Virus record (IMG/VR): IMGVR_UViG_3300037755_000591
Span: 17,365 to 81,364 of that record
Source of the DNA: a virus
Lineage: Duplodnaviria > Caudoviricetes
Strand: one strand, 5' to 3'
DNA length: 64,000 nt
In this document: piece by piece, positions 36,001 to 44,362 of the stretch
How positions within the stretch are numbered: the first letter of the stretch is position 1
Layout of the letters: each line of letters opens with the position of its first letter
The notes under the pieces: generated by a model
Databases searched by the model: none
The model's input: only the letters and a program-made list of their open reading frames with translations
Told to the model about the DNA's origin: nothing
Made by a program: the position numbers and the translations under genes

Positions 36001-38444
36001 GACGGCCCAATCGTCAGTTTAAGTAACCCGCCCATAATATTGAATAAACCAGCGAGTGTCACCAACGTCGGGATAAGGATTGCCACCCCCGCCCCAAGTG
36101 ACAAAATTGTGCCGTCTAGGTCTGTAACGGCATTAACCAGATCAATTCCCTCTTCCAGAATGGGTTTCAGGAAGTCGTTAAGGAGTGGTCTAAATGCGGT
36201 GATAATTAGATTCTGAATAGAACCTTGCAGAGAAATCAGACGACCTCTAAAGGTGTCCATCTGCGCTTCGGCCAATACCTGAGCAGTGTTAGCAGTTTCG
36301 AGAGAAACCGCATATTCGCTAAAGGCGAGTGTGCCATCATCCGCCGTTGAAATCAGTGCTTTAATCGCTGATACAGCGTTGCGGTCGCCGAGGGCAGACA
36401 AGAGTTCATTAATCTTCTCTGTCGATAACCCATCGAGTGAGCCTTGGAATTGTAGCAGTAGATTTTCCAAGCCAACAAATTCGCCTTGGGCATCAAAGAC
36501 ACTGACACCAAGTTCATCGAGTGCTGATTGTGCAGCATCCGTAGGCGCGGCTAAGGATGCAAACACAGCCCGTAAGCCTGTACCCGCACGCTCACTCCGA
36601 ATACCTTGGTCATTGAGTACCGCCAACGCCGTCGCGGTGTCTTCAATACTGATACCTAATCCACGCGCATCATTGGCAACAAAGCCAAATGCTTGCCCTA
36701 ATGTCGTAACATCAGCCGTCGATATATCAGCCGCCGCCACAAACGCATTGACCACACGTTCGGCATCTTCGAAGGCTAGCCCAAAACCATTGATAGATTG
36801 AATCGTGAGATCAGTCGCAGTTTGTAGATTTAAGAGCGGATCAGCAGCAGCAAGGAAACCAATATCATCAATACTTGCCAGCGCCTCGACTGTATCAAGA
36901 CCCGCTTTTTGTAGTCCAAGGAAGGCCGCAGCGGTTTCTTGCGGACTAAAAATAGTTGCCGCACTAAAGTCGGCGAGTGCCTTTTCAACATTGTCAAGCT
37001 CATCTATGGTCAAGCGACCAAAGATTTCAATTTGTTTTAAGGTTTGGTCGAATACACCAACATCGCCGATCAACCGTCCGGTAAGAAAACCAGCAATACC
37101 ACCGGTCGTTAATTGCCGTAACCCAGTATCAAATTGTTGGCGACCTGATTCGGCAATGCGTTGCCCCAAACCAACGAAGCCGTTAACAATGTTATCGCGG
37201 AAAGTAGCAAACTGACCAATTACTTCACTAAATACAGTTTGAACCCCGCTGAAGCCGGCCCGCAATGCATTTATAAATGTGGAGCCGATACGCCGTCCAA
37301 TATCAAGGAAACTTCCGATTGATTGGAACGGCTTAATGAACCCTGCGATAGCATCTTGTGCGATTTGCGCCGTGGCCCGTGATGGCGAACTAATCAGTAA
37401 TATCCGCTTAAGTCCGCCCAAGAAACTGCGACCGCCACCCTCCCCCGCTTCTTCAAAGGCTTCATCGAAGTCCCCTAGGTTAAAACCTTGAGCGACCGCT
37501 GAAGCGATCTGTCGAACAGCATTGCTAAATTGATTTGCGGCATCTGCATCAAAACGAAAACCACTACTGGCCACGCGCAGCAAATTAGCCATGCCCTCAA
37601 CTGCACGAGAAATGCTATTAAATTGTTGCGGGTTGGGAACACGAATATTGGCAAGGGCTTGAACTGATTGCGCCAATATCTTCGTAAAGGGACGAATACC
37701 TTGAAGAAGGCTGGTCAACCTTGATCGAGCGGAAAATATACTACCAATGTTGCCGATACTAACCTCAACCCGCTCAATCTGTCGTAGCTGGTTGATAACG
37801 TCGGTGATCGACCGAATAACGGTAGCCACCCCTCGAATGCCCGATATATTCTGGACTTTTGAGAGGGGTTCAAGGGAATCCGCTAGTAACTTGGTGAAGG
37901 GACGAATACCTTGGAGGAATTTGGTCAGGCGGGTATTCCGTCCAAATAGAGACGCTAGTTTTCCAAACTTGCTATCATCAACGGGAATATCTTTGAACTC
38001 AGTGATGATGTCAACTAATGAGCGTACTGTTGTGGCGACGGCTCGAAGATTCTGAGGGGAGCGAATATTGCCAATGCTCTCAAAGGCAGAATTTAAAGTT
38101 TTGGCTAAATTCTGTAACCCGGCAAGGGCATTACTCCGGCCTGCTAACAGACCGCCGAAACGTCGATTGTCCAATTCCTTCCCAATTTCCTCAAGGGATT
38201 TAAGGAAGTTTCTTATGGAGTTTATAAAACGCGACGTATCAGTTGTTTTGATGCTTCCCATTGAGGAAGCCAATTTGGTTAATGCATTAACAACATTATC
38301 AAAGTTGGACTCGAAATTATTGAAGCCAGACCCGAACGATTTAAATGTAGTGTTGAGCTTATTTACCAATTTATCTAAGTTGGTAAACGCATCAGTCATT
38401 TGATCGAAGTTATTCAGATCAATCGTTAATCCGGGGGCAGCCAT
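30096..38444 (-). CDS. tape measure protein with internal LysM domain
   Basis: 2782 aa; TP901-type core (FSPQETAAAFLGLQKAG...GLRAVF); LGISSPS repeats; LysM at 35193-35330. Confidence 0.95.
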   Translation of the reverse strand: MAAPGLTIDLNNFDQMTDAFTNLDKLVNKLNTTFKSFGSGFNNFESNFDNVVNALTKLASSMGSIKTTDTSRFINSIRNFLKSLEEIGKELDNRRFGGLLAGRSNALAGLQNLAKTLNSAFESIGNIRSPQNLRAVATTVRSLVDIITEFKDIPVDDSKFGKLASLFGRNTRLTKFLQGIRPFTKLLADSLEPLSKVQNISGIRGVATVIRSITDVINQLRQIERVEVSIGNIGSIFSARSRLTSLLQGIRPFTKILAQSVQALANIRVPNPQQFNSISRAVEGMANLLRVASSGFRFDADAANQFSNAVRQIASAVAQGFNLGDFDEAFEEAGEGGGRSFLGGLKRILLISSPSRATAQIAQDAIAGFIKPFQSIGSFLDIGRRIGSTFINALRAGFSGVQTVFSEVIGQFATFRDNIVNGFVGLGQRIAESGRQQFDTGLRQLTTGGIAGFLTGRLIGDVGVFDQTLKQIEIFGRLTIDELDNVEKALADFSAATIFSPQETAAAFLGLQKAGLDTVEALASIDDIGFLAAADPLLNLQTATDLTIQSINGFGLAFEDAERVVNAFVAAADISTADVTTLGQAFGFVANDARGLGISIEDTATALAVLNDQGIRSERAGTGLRAVFASLAAPTDAAQSALDELGVSVFDAQGEFVGLENLLLQFQGSLDGLSTEKINELLSALGDRNAVSAIKALISTADDGTLAFSEYAVSLETANTAQVLAEAQMDTFRGRLISLQGSIQNLIITAFRPLLNDFLKPILEEGIDLVNAVTDLDGTILSLGAGVAILIPTLVTLAGLFNIMGGLLKLTIGPSLITFGRLLGLILSPVALAQTLLLSAAFVAIGSAIGIVVALAIEARDSFDRLFEVTGRLFGAIGELAGSVFTFVDNVIRAVTEFDNLGNSADGSLNVVGQVIEKLADGIEDLIGLVEIATGFFDFLNLQADIDFGTGQADEIHDREAAVNDLIAERTRLEQERAEQSASRRDELQSELDLINQQIIGLELGGGAVDEITELRNRAAEVTDEINGINNALTGTAEHTVVAGDTLSDLSSRFGVTIEDILAANPEITDRNLIRTGQVIQIPGQVALETDEISDRIAEINEEIALREKLGIDTEFADEIDAEARRANRLLETRQQLLRSRLIQNPLVRAILGDDPDTFIDTIAKIQLRIEDIGVELRQITATAFATIQRFFSAIGDVINNPGFRAAIGAFISLAGSLLRLSAVGAVALFGVFTDFISFVAKEGTGVFNALAGFLGLLSTFADTLTSLLRGETTFRDIGQSILDGLLAGIGNIFELGREFGQAIIDGFKDILGISSPSTIFAELGGSIIDGLVQGLAALPGVLFDLGAAILDIFLSNVLGLSDERTQVVIDSFRLIEDALLNLQSSVIAFAESEGVTKVVNAFNSIIDAARTFTDALFGGGDTQAAGEGGGGSILDLLDEIFEIATTVGLSLFFTGIATAINLAAVAIDIFSIAFTKFINFVEFAAPIVIEPFVDAFNNFRTAIADVIDDGNLDSLLIALGAVVAVIAGPALLGGITAVGTGFLTFAAIAIVAINVIEDTIGPLVQILTGLGQIIQGIVTGDFSLLLDGIKKTADGVLDLFVGLVTGFAEGVGDVILLVAGLIDSIFGTNIADSLQSAFDSIGNFFDDLGSFIASALGAIFGFVGPLLNDVLIQPVLGALGGIIDVIAGIFTLDPARIVRGLSNVVKAVVKVFLGIERTILGIFDNIFGTSLLSTFDSVIDSVIDFFAGMIDAVLDFLGISSPSKVFLEIGEEIVNGLLDGMRQLPHLLINILIRGFALLRDIVSSVGDIFQDLTGIDISSITDAFSGLFSSIGDLLTGDISLGDFLNDLLAPLRNLTVADVLGAIGDVGTIFTQALSGLLGLAFDFLNLLGIDTTGAEAGASILIDTLFSIFDDISAGNITAALQSFLGIVETAVRGVLGLAFDLLNLLGIDTTGAEAGVGALLDSIFGYFNDIAAGDISGALTSFLDIAKSAVQGLFATIFNLANLLGIDTDGVEDATNAAIDAIFGGLNDLLPGDLSLDGFKTAIESAFSALSLDISIPGLDEIIGFIEQITGNITVPSAITDLIDNFKSLFDSIASGDLGAVVDDVLRLIGDLATFGPDLALDLVGALTGLFGNLLPDNIKSTLTEALLEFALFILGGVETAINVLIGIINQLSPFSDVGPVDLTGDIEQTLEAKRAAEDLEEAFSNVQDAASNISVGLDPDALRVAQEELVNNFNDLVAQGLDPSQAFQVILESFNDPALLSQVDLGAFGIFSDTESFLRALDVAEGLVPDFAAALIEQGTFNLPPEDAAELADDVFLSILQGFSAFDPAQLQIPGFRDNFVAILNDELNSSDILVRMDAANIAVETGTAELVNVNDAFNFISDALSSDDTEVILSGLNFALARPDDLVAQGFIDPTGVFGDEINTALDDELQAALDAKNADRVVELLELRVSYEQATVENPEDITLSEEDQQLLQDAIEAGVVLDADSPLLVAAENVGQDFVAGLIQGIEDNRQSAVDAGADAGDAITEGAESSLGVESPSTVAARIAGNFIEGFVLGFNEQYPQVETLFAQLLSSLSNITRLTTIASITIQSQFALANFSLTANTNLMIGQIQRMEEALANLRYTAGTVGAALGGIPNSFNNAGRNNTEDVPQFETGGYTGPGNADDSFLAELHYNEVVVGRGGQLVQRDPQLVSLLESFVEMPFGVGLERAAPMGGGGGSTIINTSQFGDVNVAIPEGTDVNDPFALAEVVMDAIEIAQRNNPPRRNGGLRSTL

Positions 38445-38445
38445 T

Positions 38446-39051
38446 CTATCCTCTAGTTGTTGGAGTTAAGGTATCGAAATCAACGAACGTCCACCCTTTC
38501 AGTTCGTCAATTTTGGCTATATCTTTTTTCAATTCTTCTGCAATAGCAGAAGACCAGAAGCGCGGCGGAATACCTCGTCTGATCCGTCCGGCTGCAATCG
38601 TTCGATAATCCCCTGTAAATCCAGCAAAAGGGGATGCATCCAAAATATCTTGCTCGGTGCGGTTTTGGACACGAACCGGGAAACGGGCTGTTTTCGGTTG
38701 GGTAATCGTTTTGGTCCCAAAATCAATCCAATACCATAGCGGGTGCGGATTGCCATTTAAAACAACAAGGCTATTGACCTCAATCAATATGCCTTTATTC
38801 GGGATTATCCGTGCCTTAGTATTAAATTTGACCGTTGGCAAGTTATAAGCTTTGCCCCATTCCGAATCAGAACGCCGATTACTGCCCCGTCCCCCTGACC
38901 AATGCGCGAACGTGCGCTCATATTGTGTTGTCAGGTATTTGTTGATTGTAGGAATGATATGTTGAGAAGTGATCCGCAAGGCTTCTATCAATAACTTATT
39001 CCTAATGGTTTTTACGAACGCAGGCGTGAACTCCTGTACTTTGACTGGCAT
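38446..39051 (-). CDS. virion morphogenesis protein (HK97 gp10-like candidate)
   Basis: Basic 201-aa ORF; YWIDFGT and GIPPRFW motifs. Confidence 0.45.
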   Translation of the reverse strand: MPVKVQEFTPAFVKTIRNKLLIEALRITSQHIIPTINKYLTTQYERTFAHWSGGRGSNRRSDSEWGKAYNLPTVKFNTKARIIPNKGILIEVNSLVVLNGNPHPLWYWIDFGTKTITQPKTARFPVRVQNRTEQDILDASPFAGFTGDYRTIAAGRIRRGIPPRFWSSAIAEELKKDIAKIDELKGWTFVDFDTLTPTTRG

Positions 39052-39542
39052 TATCGTCGCCTTCCAAGCCAGTTCCGCTTCCGTGATGGCTTTGATGTTG
39101 TCGGCGGTTTATTGGCATCATTTTTTAATCGCTCTAATGCACGATGATTTTCCGCTGCATATCGTTGGCAAACCTCCAACATGTTCCCGTACTCAAGTTG
39201 GACGATAATTGCCGCCTTGTCACGCAACGAATATCCACCATCCTCCCATTCGTGACGATCAATATTGGGGTTGTTCTTTAAAACCGAAAGCTCCCAATAC
39301 TTGTTGGGAGCCGCGTCGATTACTGTTGGTCCAAGGACCTTATATTTGAGTTTTTCATTTTCCTCAAATATTTGGGTCAATCTCTTGTACCACACCCGGA
39401 GTTTCATCGTGCCCCCCCCCGGCACGACGACGGTTGGTTCGAGATTTGCCCGTTGAATTTCGAGCCAATTGGCGAGGCTTAGACCGAAACTTATCCCGCT
39501 GGTTTGATTTCGCATCGGCCAGTCGGGTCCATCCTTCTGCAA
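39051..39542 (-). CDS. tail assembly chaperone, T-like segment
   Basis: Overlaps the upstream chaperone ORF by 179 bp in the +1/-2 frame. Confidence 0.5.
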   Translation of the reverse strand: MQKDGPDWPMRNQTSGISFGLSLANWLEIQRANLEPTVVVPGGGTMKLRVWYKRLTQIFEENEKLKYKVLGPTVIDAAPNKYWELSVLKNNPNIDRHEWEDGGYSLRDKAAIIVQLEYGNMLEVCQRYAAENHRALERLKNDANKPPTTSKPSRKRNWLGRRR

Positions 39543-40236
39543 GGGTTGTTAGGTCGTCTGATAGGAATGGGTATTTTTCGAACAACACCTGCATCCATGC
39601 AATACGTTGTTCAACGATTTCATTGGGGTCTAACTCAGGGGCAGGGGGAAGGTGAATCTCAGAGCGTTGTTTGTTCTCACTATCGCGGTTCCAATATTCA
39701 ACGGAGGGCATTTCGCAGCCAAGCTCATCAATAATCTTGGAGTATTCAAATATCGCGCCAGTTTCCTCGTCTTGAATGACGCTGTTTTCGAAAATATGCT
39801 TGTCAGTGACATCGCCCTCAACCACTAATCGGCCAGTGGACAACACAGCCGATAATGTGCCTAACAAGCTGCATATACGGCGTTCGCGCTCAATAGAGGT
39901 GCGAACTTTGCGTAAGGCGGTTTCGAGTGATTGACGCGGGGTAGCCTTTCCAGCACGCTCCGGCAGCCATGCAAGTTTATGATCGACACTGCCCGACGAA
40001 CGCTGTGCGGCCAGCTCTCGTACTTCTGGACTGCGAACACTCAGCGCTTTGGGATCAACGTCTACTTGCCGGGCTGAATAGAGGTCGATGGCAAAAAGTG
40101 ACATCAGTTGGGCAGTTTCTTCATTGATGGTTATCTGGACTCCAATGTTATCATCCAGTTCAATGATACCCGTGAAGGTTTTAGAATCGTCGTCATATTC
40201 AGTTGTGATGTATTCTTTATCTGTTACGGTAGCCAT
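39364..40236 (-). CDS. tail assembly chaperone, G-like
   Basis: Between the tail tube and tape measure genes; AGGAG RBS. Confidence 0.55.
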   Translation of the reverse strand: MATVTDKEYITTEYDDDSKTFTGIIELDDNIGVQITINEETAQLMSLFAIDLYSARQVDVDPKALSVRSPEVRELAAQRSSGSVDHKLAWLPERAGKATPRQSLETALRKVRTSIERERRICSLLGTLSAVLSTGRLVVEGDVTDKHIFENSVIQDEETGAIFEYSKIIDELGCEMPSVEYWNRDSENKQRSEIHLPPAPELDPNEIVEQRIAWMQVLFEKYPFLSDDLTTLAEGWTRLADAKSNQRDKFRSKPRQLARNSTGKSRTNRRRAGGGHDETPGVVQEIDPNI

Positions 40237-40260
40237 TTCGAGTATTTCTCCTGTTGAAAC

Positions 40261-40287
40261 AGGGAGGGAAATTAACCCCTCCCCTTG
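40261..40287 (-). terminator. stem-loop after the tail tube gene
   Basis: GGGAGGG/CCCTCCC stem followed by TGTTT on the - strand. Confidence 0.5.
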
Positions 40288-40305
40288 TTATTTGAATTAA
40301 TTCAA

Positions 40306-41811
40306 TTAAGCAACGGCAACCCCATACGGGCAGGTTGTCAGTTCAACGATTTCGCCTGTATCAGTTACGGCGATGTAGTCGTTTGCGCCAGCATAAATCT
40401 CATTACCACCATTGCACTTGGCCGCGGCAGTGTAATTACCTGTTGGAGCAACGCCAGCATAAGGTTGAGCCTTGAATGACCACTGGTTCATCAAGTCACG
40501 ACGATAGATACCTTGAGCATCATCGAAGACAATTTGGCGGAAGCCATTGCCCAAGATGGCAACGATCCCAGCCCCGCCTGTGAAGGGGTTTAGGGATCGG
40601 AAGTCGTCAATATCAATGTTGACATCACGATTTTCGTAAACAACACCGGCTGCCGTTCCTACCATCAGATGGCGGGAACCAAGCACGGTAATTGATGTGA
40701 ATGCACCCGCGCCAGCCACGATAGACGCGGTAATGTCGGTGAGGTTATTGCCTTCGAGGTAGTACGCAGCATAGTTGGCCGTATCAACGCCCACCAAGTA
40801 CAGACGCTCATCAACTTCGTCCCACGCCCCCGCGTCAAAGCGGGCCGTGGTAACCGTCGCTGCAACTTGGGTGAATGTGACATCATCAGCACTGCGATAG
40901 ATGTTACCCGCATCACCGAAAATGAATGTATATCCGCCGCCAACGACAACACCAAAGACACCGAAAGCATAATTGGTGTAGGCCCATGTCACACCGCGAT
41001 CTTCAGACACACCAACGCCACCCACCGTTGGTAAGGCAATATCGTCAGTATAGGTGATAATGCGCTTATCACCTGCACAATATATGCCAGTGATAATCGA
41101 GTCAGCCGGTATGCCCGTCAAGTCCAGCGCTACGCCGCTCTGAAATTGATCGGCGGTCGCTTCTAGGGTTTCGGCCACACCACCATAAATCCCATTTTGG
41201 CATTCGGGGTTACACGATGCACATGCATCATCACAGTACGCCACCGCATGGAGCGCGGTTGGTCCGGCAATGGCACGAATACGACGTGCTTGTAGATAGA
41301 AGTCCTGATAGATTTCAGGGAAGGTGACGTTGACAGTTGCACCAATTGATTCTGTGCCGCCGTCGATTTGAATGAAGTCATCGGTTTCTTGGAAACCAGA
41401 GAAGGTGATTTCTTGGAACCAGCGCATGATCTGTCCGCACTCGTTGTCAACACACTCGTTGGTCATAGCGAGTTCGACACCACAGATTGCCGTGCCGTCG
41501 CGCATATAACGTCCGAGGACGTTACGAAAGGCTGATCCACGAGGGAGTGCAATCGTATAAGTGTTCGACAAGGTACGTTCACCAACGATTGTGCGGCGAC
41601 TGTTTTTCTGGATTCCGCCCGTATACTTTGTGCGGAGGTGCGTTATGGCTTCTTCGGTATCCCGCGCCGGACTACCAAATCCCCATCCATCAAACCGATA
41701 CCAAGGACTAAAGTAGCCATCGGGACCGGGGAGTCGAGCATAAATCACTGACCCCTTGGGGTGCAGGATGATGTTTTGATCGACAACTTTATCAATAAAC
41801 CAATTTGCCAT
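40306..41811 (-). CDS. probable major tail protein with C-terminal beta-propeller-like domain
   Basis: Position before the chaperones; Asp-box-like SEDRGVTW and YRSADDVTF. Confidence 0.5.
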   Translation of the reverse strand: MANWFIDKVVDQNIILHPKGSVIYARLPGPDGYFSPWYRFDGWGFGSPARDTEEAITHLRTKYTGGIQKNSRRTIVGERTLSNTYTIALPRGSAFRNVLGRYMRDGTAICGVELAMTNECVDNECGQIMRWFQEITFSGFQETDDFIQIDGGTESIGATVNVTFPEIYQDFYLQARRIRAIAGPTALHAVAYCDDACASCNPECQNGIYGGVAETLEATADQFQSGVALDLTGIPADSIITGIYCAGDKRIITYTDDIALPTVGGVGVSEDRGVTWAYTNYAFGVFGVVVGGGYTFIFGDAGNIYRSADDVTFTQVAATVTTARFDAGAWDEVDERLYLVGVDTANYAAYYLEGNNLTDITASIVAGAGAFTSITVLGSRHLMVGTAAGVVYENRDVNIDIDDFRSLNPFTGGAGIVAILGNGFRQIVFDDAQGIYRRDLMNQWSFKAQPYAGVAPTGNYTAAAKCNGGNEIYAGANDYIAVTDTGEIVELTTCPYGVAVA

Positions 41812-41816
41812 TGAAG

Positions 41817-42254
41817 TTACTCCTGATTAGTGACAATTTTTGCGAGTTGAGAAGCTGCTGGCCCAATGCTCTGTGCGACCGGCAACAGGGAGTTTGCGGC
41901 AACATAGCCTTCAACTTGAGTAACAAACCCTGCCGACCAGAGGCGAAGTTGATAGTCGTTGACAGTTGGAACAATGTTGCGTAGAGCTTTGGTGTAGTCA
42001 TGTGGCACACCCAAAGCACCAATTTCTTCTTCTGAAAGTGATAATGCGCGAGATGCATGGTAACGGTCTTCCCATACTGCCCTCAGTAGATAGCGATAAT
42101 CGCTAGTGTCGTCACTGTTCGCTGGTCTTAACAGCACGTATTCTTTCGATACGGCAGTGACAACATACTCGACCTTCGCAGGCCGGCGACGTAACCTACT
42201 AAGTGGGTCGTCATTATTCACATCCAATTTGGAGTCATCGTTGTTATTGCCCAT
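41817..42254 (-). CDS. hypothetical morphogenesis protein
   Basis: 145-aa ORF with AGGAG RBS. Confidence 0.65.
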   Translation of the reverse strand: MGNNNDDSKLDVNNDDPLSRLRRRPAKVEYVVTAVSKEYVLLRPANSDDTSDYRYLLRAVWEDRYHASRALSLSEEEIGALGVPHDYTKALRNIVPTVNDYQLRLWSAGFVTQVEGYVAANSLLPVAQSIGPAASQLAKIVTNQE

Positions 42255-42264
42255 AAAAATCTCC

Positions 42265-43557
42265 TTAAACAGCGATTCCGCGCCGTTTCTTGTAATTCTT
42301 GATAATGTTCCATGCGTCTAATGCGCCTTCGGTTTCACCAAATGGGCATTCTTCCATCTGCTTTTTACGCATCGCTACAAAGGTAGTAGGGTGATCGAAA
42401 CCGGGAATGGTGCGCCAACGTTGTAATTTATTGCGGCGGCGACCCGTGTTATCGACTTGATCTAAACACCCACAGCCGCAAAATTCACATTGCAGTAGGT
42501 GAGTTGCTAACTTGGCAATAGCGATAGCCAATAACGAGTCAATCTGTCCATTTTCTTGTAGCGGATACCCCGCCACATAATGAATATCAGCCTTAATAGG
42601 TTTTTTTCGGTACTGTCCACATGTGCAATTAGTTAGCGACTGATTACAAATTAACTCATTAGGCGTTACGGTCGTATCGAGTCTTGCCGGATTTGGCACA
42701 AGTAGTCCATGGTCTCGATCCCAAATTGTGTAACAAACTGGCTGACGGGATTCCGCACAGCAGTTTGGATAGATCAATTCACCCTGTTGAGTTGCGTCGA
42801 TGGTTTTTAAATAAACTTCAATCTCAGTAACATAAACACTATTATCGTCAGCCGTAAGTGGAATGGCTTCATAGCTTAAATAAAGTTCTGGACGAACAAT
42901 GCAAAAGGCTGGACCATTGATCGTTGCAGTCCAGTTGCCATCGCCACCAGAGCTATCAATGACTACATTTATCGGTCGAATTTGCCACTGTTCTTTAGGT
43001 TCCCCAAAGCGATCCCCTGCGGTGAAAAAGGCAACAATATCTTGTGGCACAGTATTATCCGGGACCGAAAACACGCCACTCACAAATTGTTCTTCTAAAT
43101 TAGCAGGAACGTAAATTGAGCCACGCCCAACTGACAAATTGGCTTCCAGAAGCTCATGAGTAAGTGTGCCAACGGCTACTAAATAATTCCATTTGGTTTG
43201 TACAGGCGGTAGATCGTGACCATAATATCTCCCGCAAATGCTTTCAAACTTACTGATGGCATCTTTGGGGTTATCATCCAATGTAACTTCTTGCTCAAGG
43301 TATTTAGGATAAGGGTAATATTTTATTATCCGCGCAATGCGATCTTCAGCTTCTTTGATGGCTCGACTAATCTCTGCCCGTGCCAGCTTATTATCGTGAT
43401 GCATCATTTCAAAATAAGGGGCATCGCAACCCTGTCCGCAACATTCAAAAGTATCATCGCCCTCAATGTATGCAAATTGAGCCATCGTCCAAGGGTGTAG
43501 TCCAAGAATGCGACAATACTCAGTGATGCTCAACCCATTTTCGTACAGAGAACGCAT
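42265..43557 (-). CDS. probable head-tail adaptor, Cys-rich
   Basis: Position after the capsid gene; IKADIHYVAGYP...AIAKLA adaptor-like motif; 17 Cys. Confidence 0.55.
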   Translation of the reverse strand: MRSLYENGLSITEYCRILGLHPWTMAQFAYIEGDDTFECCGQGCDAPYFEMMHHDNKLARAEISRAIKEAEDRIARIIKYYPYPKYLEQEVTLDDNPKDAISKFESICGRYYGHDLPPVQTKWNYLVAVGTLTHELLEANLSVGRGSIYVPANLEEQFVSGVFSVPDNTVPQDIVAFFTAGDRFGEPKEQWQIRPINVVIDSSGGDGNWTATINGPAFCIVRPELYLSYEAIPLTADDNSVYVTEIEVYLKTIDATQQGELIYPNCCAESRQPVCYTIWDRDHGLLVPNPARLDTTVTPNELICNQSLTNCTCGQYRKKPIKADIHYVAGYPLQENGQIDSLLAIAIAKLATHLLQCEFCGCGCLDQVDNTGRRRNKLQRWRTIPGFDHPTTFVAMRKKQMEECPFGETEGALDAWNIIKNYKKRRGIAV

Positions 43558-43865
43558 TAAGATTCCTCATCCTGCAACAACAGTTGCAACAATATGACCC
43601 CGCTACTAATGGCCAACGGTATTGCAATCCAGCGGTAAACCCCAAAAGCCAATTCAGACAGCGCAAATAATCCGAATGCCACCCAAATCGAGAAACACCA
43701 GATGCATGTAAACAATTCGCCAATCTGATTAGATGGTTGGTGATCCACTACACCAAACAAACGCCTAAAACGTTCGAAGATGTGCAGCGGACCGGCTTCG
43801 ACAACAAATAAAAGACTTATCCGCCACGTCGCGAAAATCAAAATAAGAAAATCAAGCCATTCCAT
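43557..43865 (-). CDS. DUF1360-like membrane protein with CxxC
   Basis: ATWRISLLF...PLHIFERFR...LFTCIWCFSIW. Confidence 0.75.
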   Translation of the reverse strand: MEWLDFLILIFATWRISLLFVVEAGPLHIFERFRRLFGVVDHQPSNQIGELFTCIWCFSIWVAFGLFALSELAFGVYRWIAIPLAISSGVILLQLLLQDEES

Positions 43866-43885
43866 TTATGATTTTGCCTTAGATG

Positions 43886-44293
43886 TTACTTTGCGACGGG
43901 TACTGGATCGAGTTGTTCTGGATTTACGCTTTTTTTTTCGGGTTCGACAGCTTCAGGTTCCTCGCTCTTGGGTTCCTCAGCTTTAGGTTCCGGTGGCGGA
44001 GTCTCATCGGGAACTTCTTCGATTGATACCATCCGCTCAAAACGATGAGGTTCTGCCTCAACATCTTTGACGTGAACCCGCAAGTGTGCGCCGTTGGTGT
44101 GGTATCCATAATTAGTAATACGATATTGCTTCAGGACACCCGTAGCTGAATAAATCCAGTGACCATAGTTTTTGCCGCTGTAGACAACCTCGATAAAATC
44201 AGGATCGTCTTTAGGAATAAGATTCTGAGCCATTATGCTAAACCCTTTCTTTTGCGCGGAAGCCTTTTTTTTATTTCCGCCACATTTACACAT
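43886..44293 (-). CDS. hypothetical protein
   Basis: MCKCGG start; EEPK-type low-complexity tail. Confidence 0.65.
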   Translation of the reverse strand: MCKCGGNKKKASAQKKGFSIMAQNLIPKDDPDFIEVVYSGKNYGHWIYSATGVLKQYRITNYGYHTNGAHLRVHVKDVEAEPHRFERMVSIEEVPDETPPPEPKAEEPKSEEPEAVEPEKKSVNPEQLDPVPVAK

Positions 44294-44315
44294 GCTTTTT
44301 CTCCTAGATGTCAGG

Positions 44316-44340
44316 GGGTAGGGCTTTGGACACCCTACCC
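44316..44340 (-). terminator. stem-loop after the capsid gene
   Basis: GGGTAGGG/CCCTACCC 8-bp stem just past the stop codon. Confidence 0.5.
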
Positions 44341-44362
44341 ATTTTCAAAGGTATCGAACGAA

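Noticed and set aside
30121-38403. Many + strand ORFs antisense to the tape measure gene and other long genes
   Set aside because: Shadow frames of codon-biased genes; no RBS or recognisable domains.
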